Positions 8,717 through 17,868 of a stretch of DNA of 64,000 nt are shown here, one piece after another. Below the pieces are notes generated by a model, which did no database searches, was not told where the DNA came from, and saw only the letters and a program-made list of their open reading frames with translations. This stretch comes from an uncultured virus (IMG/VR IMGVR_UViG_3300023274_000001). Lineage: Duplodnaviria; Heunggongvirae; Uroviricota; Caudoviricetes. Each line of letters begins with the position of its first letter. Within the stretch, counting starts at the first letter, position 1. Location: IMG/VR virus record IMGVR_UViG_3300023274_000001, positions 124,698 through 188,697 of that record. One strand, written 5' to 3'. Both the position numbers and the translations under genes were made by a program.

Positions 8717-9547
8717 ATGAGCGAGATCAGCAAGTACGAGGGCAGTGGTTCCGGCGCGGAGCTGAGCAAGCGGGACGGTCTGCCGGACCAGTCGTTCTCC
8801 GGGCGGGGGCAGCACTCCGGCCCGGTCCTGCTGGACATCGAGGGCGACTCGATCCACGGCACGGTGACGGTGGACGACGTCGACTTCGCCTCGGTCCGGG
8901 TCTACACCCGGTCCACGGTGCAGTCGGTGATCGACGCCGTCCGCAAGACGAAGATCTACCTGTCCGGCAGCACCCTGACGGTGAAGGTGCCGAGGTTCCA
9001 GGTTCCCCCGACGGTGATCCAGGGCGGCAACAGCCGGATGGTCTTCTCCGGGAACGTCTCCTTCGTGTCGGTCGGCAGGGGAGCTACGGTGATCGGCGGC
9101 TCCGGCTCCGGGGAGGACATGGTCCGGGTCGAGGTCACGCTGCCCCGGCACTCCGGCGTCCGGGCCGACCTGGGTTCCGGGATGCTCGACGTGCACGGCG
9201 ACCTCGTCGGGATCGACGGCGACCTGTCCTCCGGATCGATCGCGGTTCACGGTTCGGTCGGCAAGGCCCGCGCCGAGCTGTCCTCCGGTTCGTTCCAGAT
9301 CGGCCGGGTGACCGAGGGGATCGAGGCCACGGCGTCCTCGGGCAGCCTGAACGTGGGCGAGTACACCGGCTCCCACGCCAAGCTGCGGATCTCCTCCGGC
9401 AGCATGAACCTGAACGTCGGCCGGGCCGCCAGTGGCACCATCGACGTCCGGGTATCCTCCGGCTCCGCCAACATCGGCGGAACCCGAGGGCGCGGCGACC
9501 TGGACATCAGGACAAAGAAGTCCTCCGGCAGCATCAACCTCTACTGA
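8717..9547 (+). CDS. DUF4097-like beta-strand repeat protein
   Basis: Repeated (L/V)SSGS(I/F/L) units ending SSGSINLY. Confidence 0.7.
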   Translation: MSEISKYEGSGSGAELSKRDGLPDQSFSGRGQHSGPVLLDIEGDSIHGTVTVDDVDFASVRVYTRSTVQSVIDAVRKTKIYLSGSTLTVKVPRFQVPPTVIQGGNSRMVFSGNVSFVSVGRGATVIGGSGSGEDMVRVEVTLPRHSGVRADLGSGMLDVHGDLVGIDGDLSSGSIAVHGSVGKARAELSSGSFQIGRVTEGIEATASSGSLNVGEYTGSHAKLRISSGSMNLNVGRAASGTIDVRVSSGSANIGGTRGRGDLDIRTKKSSGSINLY

Positions 9548-9548
9548 C

Positions 9549-10031
9549 ATGCTGACGGCCGAACTCGTCCACGGGACAGGGCACTTCAGCTACGCTGATG
9601 CCGAGCACCTGGCGGATCTGTGGAACCGGGCCTACCCGGCGATGCGACAGATCTCCACCGGCTACATCGAAGGCATGCGCAAGTACATCGAGCAGGAGGG
9701 CTGGGTCATCGACCCCGCCCACCGGCACGCCGAAGTGCTTCAGGCGTACGCCACACCGGAGAAGAAGGCCCACCGCAAGCTGAAGCTGGCGGAAGACCTC
9801 CGCCGGGACCTCGGGCAGCTCGACCGTGGGACGCACAAGCCGTGCACCCGCAGCCCGGGATGCTTCTCGGTGACGGCCGCCTACATGGCGGTCAGGAACC
9901 TGATCAGCCTCAGCTCCCTCAACAGCGAGGGACTGGCTTCGGTCTACCGGCTGGCCGCCGAGCTGGCCGAGGCCGAGGAGCGGGTCAACGAAGCCCGCAA
10001 GGAATGGCACCGGAAGAACGCGACGGCCTGA
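9549..10031 (+). CDS. hypothetical protein
   Basis: ATG just after upstream stop. Confidence 0.7.
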   Translation: MLTAELVHGTGHFSYADAEHLADLWNRAYPAMRQISTGYIEGMRKYIEQEGWVIDPAHRHAEVLQAYATPEKKAHRKLKLAEDLRRDLGQLDRGTHKPCTRSPGCFSVTAAYMAVRNLISLSSLNSEGLASVYRLAAELAEAEERVNEARKEWHRKNATA

Positions 10032-10057
10032 CGGCCGGACGGAAACGGAGAAAAGAC

Positions 10058-10360
10058 ATGCGCAGGATCCTGTTCAAGGGCGTCGAGGGCGTCGAGCGTA
10101 CGGCGTGGGTGCAGCACGGCTTCACGGTTCAGCGGGCACTGGAGGCCCGGGGGTACAGCGTCACCTCCGAGGACGGCTACAACCCGTGGGCCGAGAACGA
10201 CACGCTCGTCTCGGCGGCCGGTACGACCGAGAAGGGCGGCTCGGCGTACCACCTCTTCATGACGGCCGACAAGGAGACGCTGGACCTCGTCTGGTCCGCG
10301 ATCGAGATGTCCCACCCTGACGCCTCCTGCAAGTGGGAGGCGCTGGACCGCCCCGCCTGA
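10058..10360 (+). CDS. hypothetical protein
   Basis: RBS ggagaaaag. Confidence 0.7.
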   Translation: MRRILFKGVEGVERTAWVQHGFTVQRALEARGYSVTSEDGYNPWAENDTLVSAAGTTEKGGSAYHLFMTADKETLDLVWSAIEMSHPDASCKWEALDRPA

Positions 10361-10411
10361 ACCACCCGGCTCAACCTGAACCGAACGAATCGAAGAGGAG
10401 AAGAACCCATC

Positions 10412-10633
10412 ATGCAGCTTCCCAGCCGCGCCGAAGTCCGCAGCCAGATCAGCTCGAAGTTCCCGGGCCTGCCCGAGAGCAGCCTGGGCTGGGTGTCGGG
10501 CATGCTCTCCGACAAGATCGAGGCCGACGTCGAGACCGCCGACGCCGAGTTCCACCGCGAGATGGAGCGTGCCATCCGAGCCGGTGAGGAGCCCGCGATC
10601 GGCGTGGCGCTCGCCGCGCTCAAAGCGGTCTGA
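10412..10633 (+). CDS. hypothetical protein
   Basis: ORF track, RBS. Confidence 0.7.
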   Translation: MQLPSRAEVRSQISSKFPGLPESSLGWVSGMLSDKIEADVETADAEFHREMERAIRAGEEPAIGVALAALKAV

Positions 10634-10648
10634 CCCACGGGTCACAGT

Positions 10649-10705
10649 GAAGGGGCTCCGGTTGCGACCGGGGCCCCTTCTGCGTATCGTCTTTGACCTA
10701 GGCCA
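10649..10705 (+). promoter_or_regulatory. hairpin, promoter and operator
   Basis: gaaggggctccggt/accggggccccttc stem; TTGCGA-17-TATCGT; TGACCTAGGCCA 10694-10705. Confidence 0.6.
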
Positions 10706-10721
10706 TTCGGATGGGAGAGAC

Positions 10722-11006
10722 GTGAGCGAGAACGAATTCGAAGCCCTGGCCGATGAGTTACGGGCTTCCTGGGACGGCGACCGGGCCCGCTGGGACGATC
10801 TCCGCGAGGAGCTGACGGAGAAGCTGCTCTGCCTGCGCTGGGACGGCGACCACCGTCTCCTCCTGGAGCAGCACACCAGCAAGCAGGCGGCACTGATCGC
10901 CACCACGTACGGCCGCAGGCAGGACGATCGGATCCGGTACGCCGTGATCCTGGAGCGAAGCCTGGCATCCGGCCGCATGGAGACGAAGAGGATGGAGCCC
11001 TCGTGA
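10722..11006 (+). CDS. hypothetical protein
   Basis: GTG 10722 after gggagag. Confidence 0.65.
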   Translation: MSENEFEALADELRASWDGDRARWDDLREELTEKLLCLRWDGDHRLLLEQHTSKQAALIATTYGRRQDDRIRYAVILERSLASGRMETKRMEPS

Positions 11007-11323
11007 ACCACCCCGACAACGCAGCCATCGACGTACCGGCTCAGGACGGAACGCTGCTGCACATCACCCTTCACCGGGAGTCCGACACCGGACGGTTCAC
11101 GTACTCCAGCATGGTGGACGTCCAGCGGCACACGACGCACGGACTCCGCCCGGTGGCCTCATACCGGATGGGTCCGCTCGTACGGGCACCCCGGAACAAG
11201 AGCTTCGAGCTGCACGACAACGACCCGGATCTGGCGATCGAGGGTCACTGGATGATCGTGATCGGTGACTGGATGGAGATGCTGAGCGAGGCCAGCGTCG
11301 ACACGTGGAAGGTGGGCATCTGA
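11003..11323 (+). CDS. hypothetical protein
   Basis: GTGA overlap. Confidence 0.65.
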   Translation: MNHPDNAAIDVPAQDGTLLHITLHRESDTGRFTYSSMVDVQRHTTHGLRPVASYRMGPLVRAPRNKSFELHDNDPDLAIEGHWMIVIGDWMEMLSEASVDTWKVGI

Positions 11324-11523
11324 TGGCGCATATCCGGATCGAGTTCGAGGGCGGCGAAACGTACCAGACCGGCGGCCCGCCGGAGCACCTGGGAGTCGAG
11401 CTGGGGTACGCCAACCTGGAGGGCTACCAGTTCGGTGAGAACGGCATGATCGTGCTGGACTTCGGCAACAGCCGCTTCCGCAAGATCCCCGCCCGCCGCC
11501 TGCTGCGTGTCACGGAGGGCTGA
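11323..11523 (+). CDS. hypothetical protein
   Basis: TGATG overlap. Confidence 0.65.
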   Translation: MAHIRIEFEGGETYQTGGPPEHLGVELGYANLEGYQFGENGMIVLDFGNSRFRKIPARRLLRVTEG

Positions 11524-11524
11524 C

Positions 11525-11986
11525 ATGCCGCTGATCTGGACACAGGGGAACCTGCTGGAGTCGCGGGCACAGGGTCTGGTCAACCCGGTCAACTGTGTCG
11601 GGGTGCCGGGCGCCGGGCTGGCCCGGCAGTTCCGGGACCGCTGGCCCGTGCAGGTCGACGAGTATGTGACCTTCTGCCGGGAGGGCCGGATGAAGCCCGG
11701 CCTGGTGCACGATGCCGTCCTGCCGGACGGCCGACGGATTCTGAGCATCGCCACCAAGCGGCACTGGCGGGACAACTCTCGGATCGAGGACGTGGATCTC
11801 GGACTCTCGGGTCTGGCCACATACCTGGACGCCACGGGCCTGATCTCGGTCGCTCTTCCGGCGCTCGGGTGTGGACTCGGCGGCCTCCCGAAGGCGCTGG
11901 TGGCGAGCCGGGTGAAGTTCTGGCTGGCCGACAACTTCTCCGTGATCTACGTCTACGGACTCGACGAACCGGGAGCTGCGCAGTGA
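11525..11986 (+). CDS. macrodomain ADP-ribosyl hydrolase (DarG/TARG1-like)
   Basis: GNLLES..LVNPVNCVGV.GAGLA.QF; TK.HW; ALPALGCGLGGL. Confidence 0.9.
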   Translation: MPLIWTQGNLLESRAQGLVNPVNCVGVPGAGLARQFRDRWPVQVDEYVTFCREGRMKPGLVHDAVLPDGRRILSIATKRHWRDNSRIEDVDLGLSGLATYLDATGLISVALPALGCGLGGLPKALVASRVKFWLADNFSVIYVYGLDEPGAAQ

Positions 11987-12246
11987 AGAGGAAATCGTCC
12001 GGACCCCCTCCGATGGAGGACGGGGACTACCTTCTCGCCTCCGTGGTGGACGACGAGGACACGGGGAATCCCGGAGCGATGCTGGACGTCTCGCAGTTCA
12101 CGGTTGCGGGACGCCGCCTGTTCTCCGTCGACCGTCTTCTCCACTTCGACGAGTTCGACGGAGTGCTGGGCGAGATGGGATACCGGCGCACGGAGCCGTG
12201 GGGAACTCGCAGCGGGATCCGCTCGGCGCGCGTCGAGAGGCAGTGA
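11983..12246 (+). CDS. hypothetical protein
   Basis: GTGA overlap. Confidence 0.6.
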   Translation: MKRKSSGPPPMEDGDYLLASVVDDEDTGNPGAMLDVSQFTVAGRRLFSVDRLLHFDEFDGVLGEMGYRRTEPWGTRSGIRSARVERQ

Positions 12247-12248
12247 CC

Positions 12249-12443
12249 ATGCCCCAGGAATTCATCCGGGTCACGGTCGTCATGAAGTTTCCGGTCGACC
12301 CCGACCTGTACCCCGAGAGCACCACGCCCGCTGAGCGGGCCGAGGTGGAGCGCGAGAACTTCCGGGATCCGAAGATCCTGATGGAGACGGCCGAGCAGTA
12401 CGGCGTCGAATCCGTCAGTGTCGGGACCTTCATCATCACGTAG
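12249..12443 (+). CDS. hypothetical protein
   Basis: ATG after stop. Confidence 0.6.
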   Translation: MPQEFIRVTVVMKFPVDPDLYPESTTPAERAEVERENFRDPKILMETAEQYGVESVSVGTFIIT

Positions 12444-12460
12444 CGGAAAGAGGAGAAGAC

Positions 12461-13066
12461 ATGGCGATGACCCGTGAAGAGGAGACGGCGCTGGCGAAGG
12501 AGATGGCCGAGGAGGTGGGCCTGAACCTGCCGTACGCCGCTCAGGTGGGCTTCAAGTACGACGTGAAGGCCGCCCGGCAGAAGGCTGAGGAGCTGCGGGA
12601 TCTGGCCCGCAAGCGGGAGCAGGAGTCGCGCGACTCGTTCGACCGGTGCGACACCGACGGCGCCCTTTCGCAGTGGGCGAGCGGGATCAACGCCGAGAAG
12701 TACCGGATCCAGGCCGACATCGCCGAGAACGGCGGCATGTGGGGCTTCCCGGCCCTCTTCGACCTGGAGGGCAACCTGATCCCGGCGCGGGAGGTGTACG
12801 GCCAGTACGGGGCCTTCTGGTCCCTGCTGGACGCCGACGGAAACCGCACGGACGAGACCTTCAGCGAGTCGAAGGCCCAAAACGACAAGGTCAAGATCCG
12901 TAACGACGCGAAGAAGGGCGTCTACGTCGGCTGGGTACTGGCCCCGGCCCGGGTCGTGACGCGCGGGCAGTCCGTCACCTCGGTCGCCTGCCACATCGAC
13001 CGCAACGACGGCGGCTGGGACCCGGATGTGCTGGTGGTCGACAACGGAAAGGGCGAACAGGAGTGA
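12461..13066 (+). CDS. hypothetical phage protein
   Basis: Strong RBS; SFDRCDTDG..SQWA motif. Confidence 0.75.
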   Translation: MAMTREEETALAKEMAEEVGLNLPYAAQVGFKYDVKAARQKAEELRDLARKREQESRDSFDRCDTDGALSQWASGINAEKYRIQADIAENGGMWGFPALFDLEGNLIPAREVYGQYGAFWSLLDADGNRTDETFSESKAQNDKVKIRNDAKKGVYVGWVLAPARVVTRGQSVTSVACHIDRNDGGWDPDVLVVDNGKGEQE

Positions 13067-13383
13067 AGCTGGTCAGCGACACGCCCCGCATGGAACTGCT
13101 GCGGATCGAACTGACCACCGGCCAGTGCCCGCCGCAGTCCTGCCTGGAGTGGGACGAGTTCCTGCACCTGTATGCCCTGCTGCGGCGGCTCCCCGGAGCC
13201 GCCCCGGCGGTGCGGTCGGAGGTGCTGACGAAGCTGCTCGGCCGGGGCTTCGAGCACCGGTACGCCACGAACTTGATGAGCCTGGCCACGGCGGGAGTTC
13301 AGCCGCTGGCGATGCTGGTCCGGCAGGCGGCGCTCCATCAGGAGATCCGGCCGCTCAGGGAAGAGGAGAAGGTGGGCAAGTGA
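13063..13383 (+). CDS. hypothetical protein
   Basis: GTGA overlap. Confidence 0.65.
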   Translation: MKLVSDTPRMELLRIELTTGQCPPQSCLEWDEFLHLYALLRRLPGAAPAVRSEVLTKLLGRGFEHRYATNLMSLATAGVQPLAMLVRQAALHQEIRPLREEEKVGK

Positions 13384-13769
13384 GTGACGATCCCGACAGC
13401 AAGAACCCGGACTTTTGGCCGGGCCGGGACATCCAGGCGGCCGTCCAGCGCATGCAGCTCTGGCTGAAGCAGTACCCGGACGACGTGAGCGTGGCGAGCC
13501 AGATCGGCAGTTCGCAGGAGTTCGTCTCCCCCGGCTGGCCGTACCGGATGTACGCCGTGGACCGCCGGGACCTGGAAGCCGTACTGAAGGTCATGCAGAA
13601 CCTGCCGAACTTCCAGATCTACACGGCAGACGCCTCTACGGTGTGCGAGGCGTGCGACACGAACATCACCTGGGGAGACCAGGATCCCCGCCTGCACGCA
13701 CTGGTCGAGGCGGCGGCTGCGCACGTCTGCGACCCGGCGAAGAAGGCGGCGGTCGACGCCAGGACATGA
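13380..13769 (+). CDS. hypothetical protein with CxxC...HxC motif
   Basis: GTGA overlap. Confidence 0.65.
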   Translation: MSDDPDSKNPDFWPGRDIQAAVQRMQLWLKQYPDDVSVASQIGSSQEFVSPGWPYRMYAVDRRDLEAVLKVMQNLPNFQIYTADASTVCEACDTNITWGDQDPRLHALVEAAAAHVCDPAKKAAVDART

Positions 13770-13835
13770 GGTGCTTCGGTGGGGTCCGGCTGCGGCCGGG
13801 CCTTCGCCGTGGGACCTCACGGAACTGGAGGAGAA

Positions 13836-14111
13836 ATGCACCACACCGAGATCAACCACGAGGCCAAGGTGACGGATACCCTGGCCGACCTGGACGAGGA
13901 CGACCGGTACGGATACCGGCCGGTCCTGATGGAGAGCTTCGTCATGGTCGACGGCACCGATGTTCTGGTTCCGGCGGAGGACTCGCCGGAGGGGATGATC
14001 GTGGCCCTCACCGAAACGCAGGCGGTTCAGGCCCTGCTGTGCCTGGCCGAGCAGATCGGCGACATCGTGGCCGTGAAGCTCATCCAGGAGCAGATGGCAA
14101 AGCCCAAGTAG
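13836..14111 (+). CDS. hypothetical protein
   Basis: ggaggagaa-ATG. Confidence 0.65.
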   Translation: MHHTEINHEAKVTDTLADLDEDDRYGYRPVLMESFVMVDGTDVLVPAEDSPEGMIVALTETQAVQALLCLAEQIGDIVAVKLIQEQMAKPK

Positions 14112-14131
14112 CCAGGGCGAGTTCGATCAGA

Positions 14132-14148
14132 TAGTGTGGCCTAGGTCA
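14132..14148 (+). promoter_or_regulatory. -10 element and operator
   Basis: TAGTGT overlapping TGGCCTAGGTCA (14137-14148). Confidence 0.6.
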
Positions 14149-14164
14149 GGGAAGGAGGGAAGAC

Positions 14165-14245
14165 ATGGCAGAAGAGATGCCCCGGCGCGAGCCGGGCAAG
14201 GCCCTCAAGGAAGCGCGCGAGCGCGAGGAGGGCCAGCAGCGCTGA
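14165..14245 (+). CDS. 26-aa charged microprotein
   Basis: Strong RBS aaggagg; MAEEMPRREPGKALKEAREREEGQQR; followed by hairpin 14251-14275. Confidence 0.5.
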   Translation: MAEEMPRREPGKALKEAREREEGQQR

Positions 14246-14309
14246 TCACCGAGGGGCGCCCACGGGCGCCCCTTCTGGCGTCACAGGAACCGGAACAGGA
14301 GAAGGATTC

Positions 14310-14744
14310 ATGGAGTTCCCCGAGAAGTTCAGCACCGCTGCGGCCGACACCGACTACTCCCGCTACCCACAGCTCCAAGCTCTGAGCAAGTACGACATCC
14401 TCGCCACGGCCGAAGCTCTGCGGCTGACCGCCATCCAGCTCGGCACCCACGTGCACGGCTGGACCATGCTCCGGGACCTGACCCTGGACGAGCCGACCGT
14501 GATCACGGCCCTGCTGGCACAGAAGCAGCGCTGGGACGACGAAGGTCACCTGGTCTCCACCGAGTTCGAGGAGTACTGGGACGCCACCGACACCCATAAC
14601 TTCCCCTCCTCGCTGCTGGAGGAGATGAAGAAGCACCTGGTCCGTCAGTTCCTGGAGAGCGAGAAGGCGGAGCACGTCGCGGTCGACAACCCGTACGGCA
14701 TCTGGCTGTTCGACAAGGCCGTCCTGGAAGGGATCTTCCGGTGA
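14310..14744 (+). CDS. hypothetical protein
   Basis: ORF track, RBS. Confidence 0.7.
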   Translation: MEFPEKFSTAAADTDYSRYPQLQALSKYDILATAEALRLTAIQLGTHVHGWTMLRDLTLDEPTVITALLAQKQRWDDEGHLVSTEFEEYWDATDTHNFPSSLLEEMKKHLVRQFLESEKAEHVAVDNPYGIWLFDKAVLEGIFR

Positions 14745-15028
14745 TCGACCTCTTCGACAACCTGCCGATCGGGCCGAGGCTCGAAATGTTCCCCGACATC
14801 TGGGGCGCCTTCGCGGTCGTCACCGTCCGGCCCCGCCCTGACGGCGGCCGGAAGCCGGAGATGCCCCTGCTGTCCCGGGGCCACATCCTCCTGGACTCCC
14901 GAGGGGAGGTCTGGACCGTGCTTGAGGCCGCCGTCCTGACCGAGGTGGACAAGGGGAGCGGGGACGAGCTGCCGTACCGTTACGCGTACGAGTACGTGGT
15001 CGTGAACGGCAAGCGCCAGCTCGACTGA
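14741..15028 (+). CDS. hypothetical protein (family with 20813 and 41527)
   Basis: GTGA overlap. Confidence 0.65.
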   Translation: MIDLFDNLPIGPRLEMFPDIWGAFAVVTVRPRPDGGRKPEMPLLSRGHILLDSRGEVWTVLEAAVLTEVDKGSGDELPYRYAYEYVVVNGKRQLD

Positions 15029-15037
15029 ACCACCCTG

Positions 15038-15109
15038 GAGGGGCGGCCCTGGATCGGGGCTGCCCCTCTTCGCGTTTCTGGCCTGACCTAGGCCGCCTGA
15101 TGGTAGACT
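15038..15109 (+). promoter_or_regulatory. terminator hairpin, operator and -10
   Basis: gaggggcggccc/gggctgcccctc stem; TGACCTAGGCCG 15084-15095; TAGACT 15104-15109. Confidence 0.6.
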
Positions 15110-15131
15110 CCCGTGCACGGAAGGAGAGGAA

Positions 15132-15629
15132 ATGGCAAACGACTTGGTGAAATTCCCGGAGGCCGGGGACCTCTGGGAGGAGGTCGACGGGCCCGGTATG
15201 TACGTGCTGGCGGTCCTTCCCCGGAGTTCCGAGCCTGACGAGTGTGCCGTGGGTGCCGCCATCCTGATGCTCCGCCCGAAGGGGCGCCTGCTCACCCCCA
15301 TGGACCTGCTGTGGCCGACGGAGGAGAGCCGGGACTATGACGCCCGGCTTCTGGAAGGGGCGGCTCAGCTCTTCGAGGAGAAGGGTGAACGGCTCAAGGC
15401 TACAGCGATCCGAGCCCAGGTTCCCGTTACCGATCTGTCGATCGAGGTCGTCCAGGCCACTCACATGGGCTCGACGGCGCGCACGCTGCGCAGCACGAAG
15501 ACCGGCGAGTACTGGCAGGCCGACTGGAAGGACTTGACTCCTTCCGGGATCCTGCACCTGCACCAGATCCACACCTGCTTCGTACGACCGTCCGTACTGA
15601 TCACGTTTCTGGGGGACGAGGACCGATGA
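15132..15629 (+). CDS. hypothetical protein
   Basis: ORF track, RBS. Confidence 0.7.
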   Translation: MANDLVKFPEAGDLWEEVDGPGMYVLAVLPRSSEPDECAVGAAILMLRPKGRLLTPMDLLWPTEESRDYDARLLEGAAQLFEEKGERLKATAIRAQVPVTDLSIEVVQATHMGSTARTLRSTKTGEYWQADWKDLTPSGILHLHQIHTCFVRPSVLITFLGDEDR

Positions 15630-15976
15630 AGCTGTTCGGCAAGGAGGTTCCCGGCCCGAAGCCTCGCCTGTCCGGTGAGACGCAGCCGGTGTATAGCGCC
15701 GGGGCCAAGAACGCCTTCGTGACCGTGCTCCAGCGGGCGCTCGACGTACAGATTCCCGGACGCCTGGGAACCAGTTACACCGACCCGGCGACCGAGCTGG
15801 AGAACGCCGTCCAGATCGCGTCGTCGCACTGCAACGACGAACTCCTCTCCCGGATGAACGACTTCCGGGACGCCGTCCTCGACGCCTCCCGGGGTGAGGG
15901 CGGCGAGCAGGAGGTCAACAGGGCCCGGGAGGTCTTCACCAAGGGATGCCGGGAAGCTCTCGGCAACGACAAGTAG
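15626..15976 (+). CDS. hypothetical protein
   Basis: ATGA overlap. Confidence 0.7.
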   Translation: MKLFGKEVPGPKPRLSGETQPVYSAGAKNAFVTVLQRALDVQIPGRLGTSYTDPATELENAVQIASSHCNDELLSRMNDFRDAVLDASRGEGGEQEVNRAREVFTKGCREALGNDK

Positions 15977-15997
15977 CACCGGAGAGGGAGAAGAGCA

Positions 15998-16513
15998 GTG
16001 CGACTCATGCACCAGCACGACCTGGGCGGTCCCGGACGGGTGATCGTCGTGGCGGGAGACCTTCCCGTCACCATCACGGTCGACGAGCAGGCCGAGTACC
16101 GCTCGGTGGACATCATGGCCGACCGTGGACTGGCCGCCTGGGCGGGACCCATCGGCCCGGGAGGAGTCTCCTTCGGTGTCGAGGTCGGCAGGCCCACCCT
16201 GATCAACACGCTGCGCGACAAGCTGGGCCTGCGCATGGGATCTCACGTCTCGGGCGGCGGCACGGTCGTGTCAGCCAGCCGGGGATCGATCGCTGCGGGA
16301 GGGAGCATCGTCAACTGCGCCACCGGTCGGGGTGCGGAGGTGACGGTGGACGGTCAGGAGCAGAGGCTGCCGGAGATCGGTGTGCACCTGACGGCACCGC
16401 GCTTCTGCACCTTCGAGATTCGTTCACACGGTGGCATCGCCGTACTCCACGACGGCATCGAGCTGACCGTTCAGGCGGCCGAGGAGCGGGGCCTGCTGGC
16501 GGTGGCCCGGTGA
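15998..16513 (+). CDS. hypothetical protein, possibly related to the N-half of 8717-9547
   Basis: Gly/Ser-rich beta region followed by V.LT.P. Confidence 0.65.
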   Translation: MRLMHQHDLGGPGRVIVVAGDLPVTITVDEQAEYRSVDIMADRGLAAWAGPIGPGGVSFGVEVGRPTLINTLRDKLGLRMGSHVSGGGTVVSASRGSIAAGGSIVNCATGRGAEVTVDGQEQRLPEIGVHLTAPRFCTFEIRSHGGIAVLHDGIELTVQAAEERGLLAVAR

Positions 16514-16728
16514 TCTCGGCGGTCGGCGACTTCCTGGTGGAGCGCTTCCCGGGTGTGGGCCCTAACCGTAGGGTCGCGCGGATCGTCAGCGACCAGCCGG
16601 AGGAGGGGCGCCTGCGGGTATCCCGCACCGTTCAGGCGGGCGGGCAGCGCTACACCGTCGCCTTCCACTTCCCGCCGGGCATCCGGCAGGGCCGGGCCAT
16701 CGCCTGGCCGAAGGGGAGGGAAAGCTGA
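16510..16728 (+). CDS. hypothetical protein
   Basis: GTGA overlap. Confidence 0.6.
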   Translation: MISAVGDFLVERFPGVGPNRRVARIVSDQPEEGRLRVSRTVQAGGQRYTVAFHFPPGIRQGRAIAWPKGRES

Positions 16729-17156
16729 TGGGGCTGCGACAGGAAGCGGAAGCGCTGTTCTTCGGAACCGGAATCCAGGAGCTGTACCCACACTGGCAGT
16801 CGGAGTACTCGCCAGGTCCACAGTTTCACCGGCACGGCGACTGGCCGCCCGGCGAGGCTCCTGACGCGTGGGCCTACAAGATCCGGATCACCGACCCGCT
16901 GAACTCGGAGCGGCTGATGGACCGGATCATCACGTACTCGATCCTCTACAGCGCCGCCGAGCTGATTACCGAGGAAAAGGTCGACACCGAGAAGCCGTTC
17001 CATCCGGTCGACGCCGAGACCGACCGAGCCTGCTCGATGTGGGTGTTCAGCGACGAACTCGGCACGTTCGACCCTCACACCCTGGACCAAGTTCTTCAGG
17101 TCGCCGTGTTCGGCGGCGTGCTGCATCCCCACTTCGAGCCCCGCAACCGGGGCTGA
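16728..17156 (+). CDS. hypothetical protein
   Basis: TGATG overlap; D...LDQVLQVAVFG motif. Confidence 0.7.
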   Translation: MGLRQEAEALFFGTGIQELYPHWQSEYSPGPQFHRHGDWPPGEAPDAWAYKIRITDPLNSERLMDRIITYSILYSAAELITEEKVDTEKPFHPVDAETDRACSMWVFSDELGTFDPHTLDQVLQVAVFGGVLHPHFEPRNRG

Positions 17157-17174
17157 CGGAAAGCGAGAAGAGAC

Positions 17175-17504
17175 GTGAAGCACGAGTTCGCCATCGACTA
17201 CGCCGGGCTGACCCCGCAGCAGAAGATCGTGATCCTGGAGGAGATGGGATTCAAGGAGATCCCGCCCGCCGAGCACGGGACGAACTGCCTGTCCCGGCAG
17301 GGCAGTGGGATGATCTGCGACTGCCTCATGGGCGTGACCACCTGGGGTGCTCCGCTCGATGTGAAGAAGTACCTGGGCGAGACGCACGAGGAGCGCGCCG
17401 AGTTCGCGGCCCGGCGTCAGCTCTACCTGAACGAGGGGGAGGGTGAGAGCCCCGGATCCTGGGCGGTTCACCTGGAGAAGAATGCCCCCCGCTACCGGCA
17501 CTGA
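17175..17504 (+). CDS. hypothetical protein
   Basis: ORF track. Confidence 0.7.
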   Translation: MKHEFAIDYAGLTPQQKIVILEEMGFKEIPPAEHGTNCLSRQGSGMICDCLMGVTTWGAPLDVKKYLGETHEERAEFAARRQLYLNEGEGESPGSWAVHLEKNAPRYRH

Positions 17505-17514
17505 AGGAGAAGCC

Positions 17515-17853
17515 GTGACCGACATCCAGGACATCTACACGGGCCGTCCGATCAGGAACGACCTGCTGGACAACGGCCATGCGCCGAAGTGCACCTGGGC
17601 CCCCGAGCAGGGGACGCTGTTCCCCAAGGGGATGCTCCCCAGCGGCTGGCCGGGCGACCGGCAGGGGCATGAAGCGGCGCACGCCCTGTCGGCCCTGCTC
17701 GGGTCCGAGGGCATCCGGACCGACATCGTGTTCTACCCGAACGGGCAGGTCGACCTGTACTGCCCCGGCGGGAAGCTGGAGTTGTCCATGAGCGAGGCCA
17801 TGAAGCTGGCCCGCCTGCTGGACAGGGAGAAGCCGGACCGGCGTCCGGTCTGA
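17515..17853 (+). CDS. hypothetical protein
   Basis: aaggagaag-GTG. Confidence 0.65.
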   Translation: MTDIQDIYTGRPIRNDLLDNGHAPKCTWAPEQGTLFPKGMLPSGWPGDRQGHEAAHALSALLGSEGIRTDIVFYPNGQVDLYCPGGKLELSMSEAMKLARLLDREKPDRRPV

Positions 17854-17868
17854 CGGAGAGGAAGAAGC

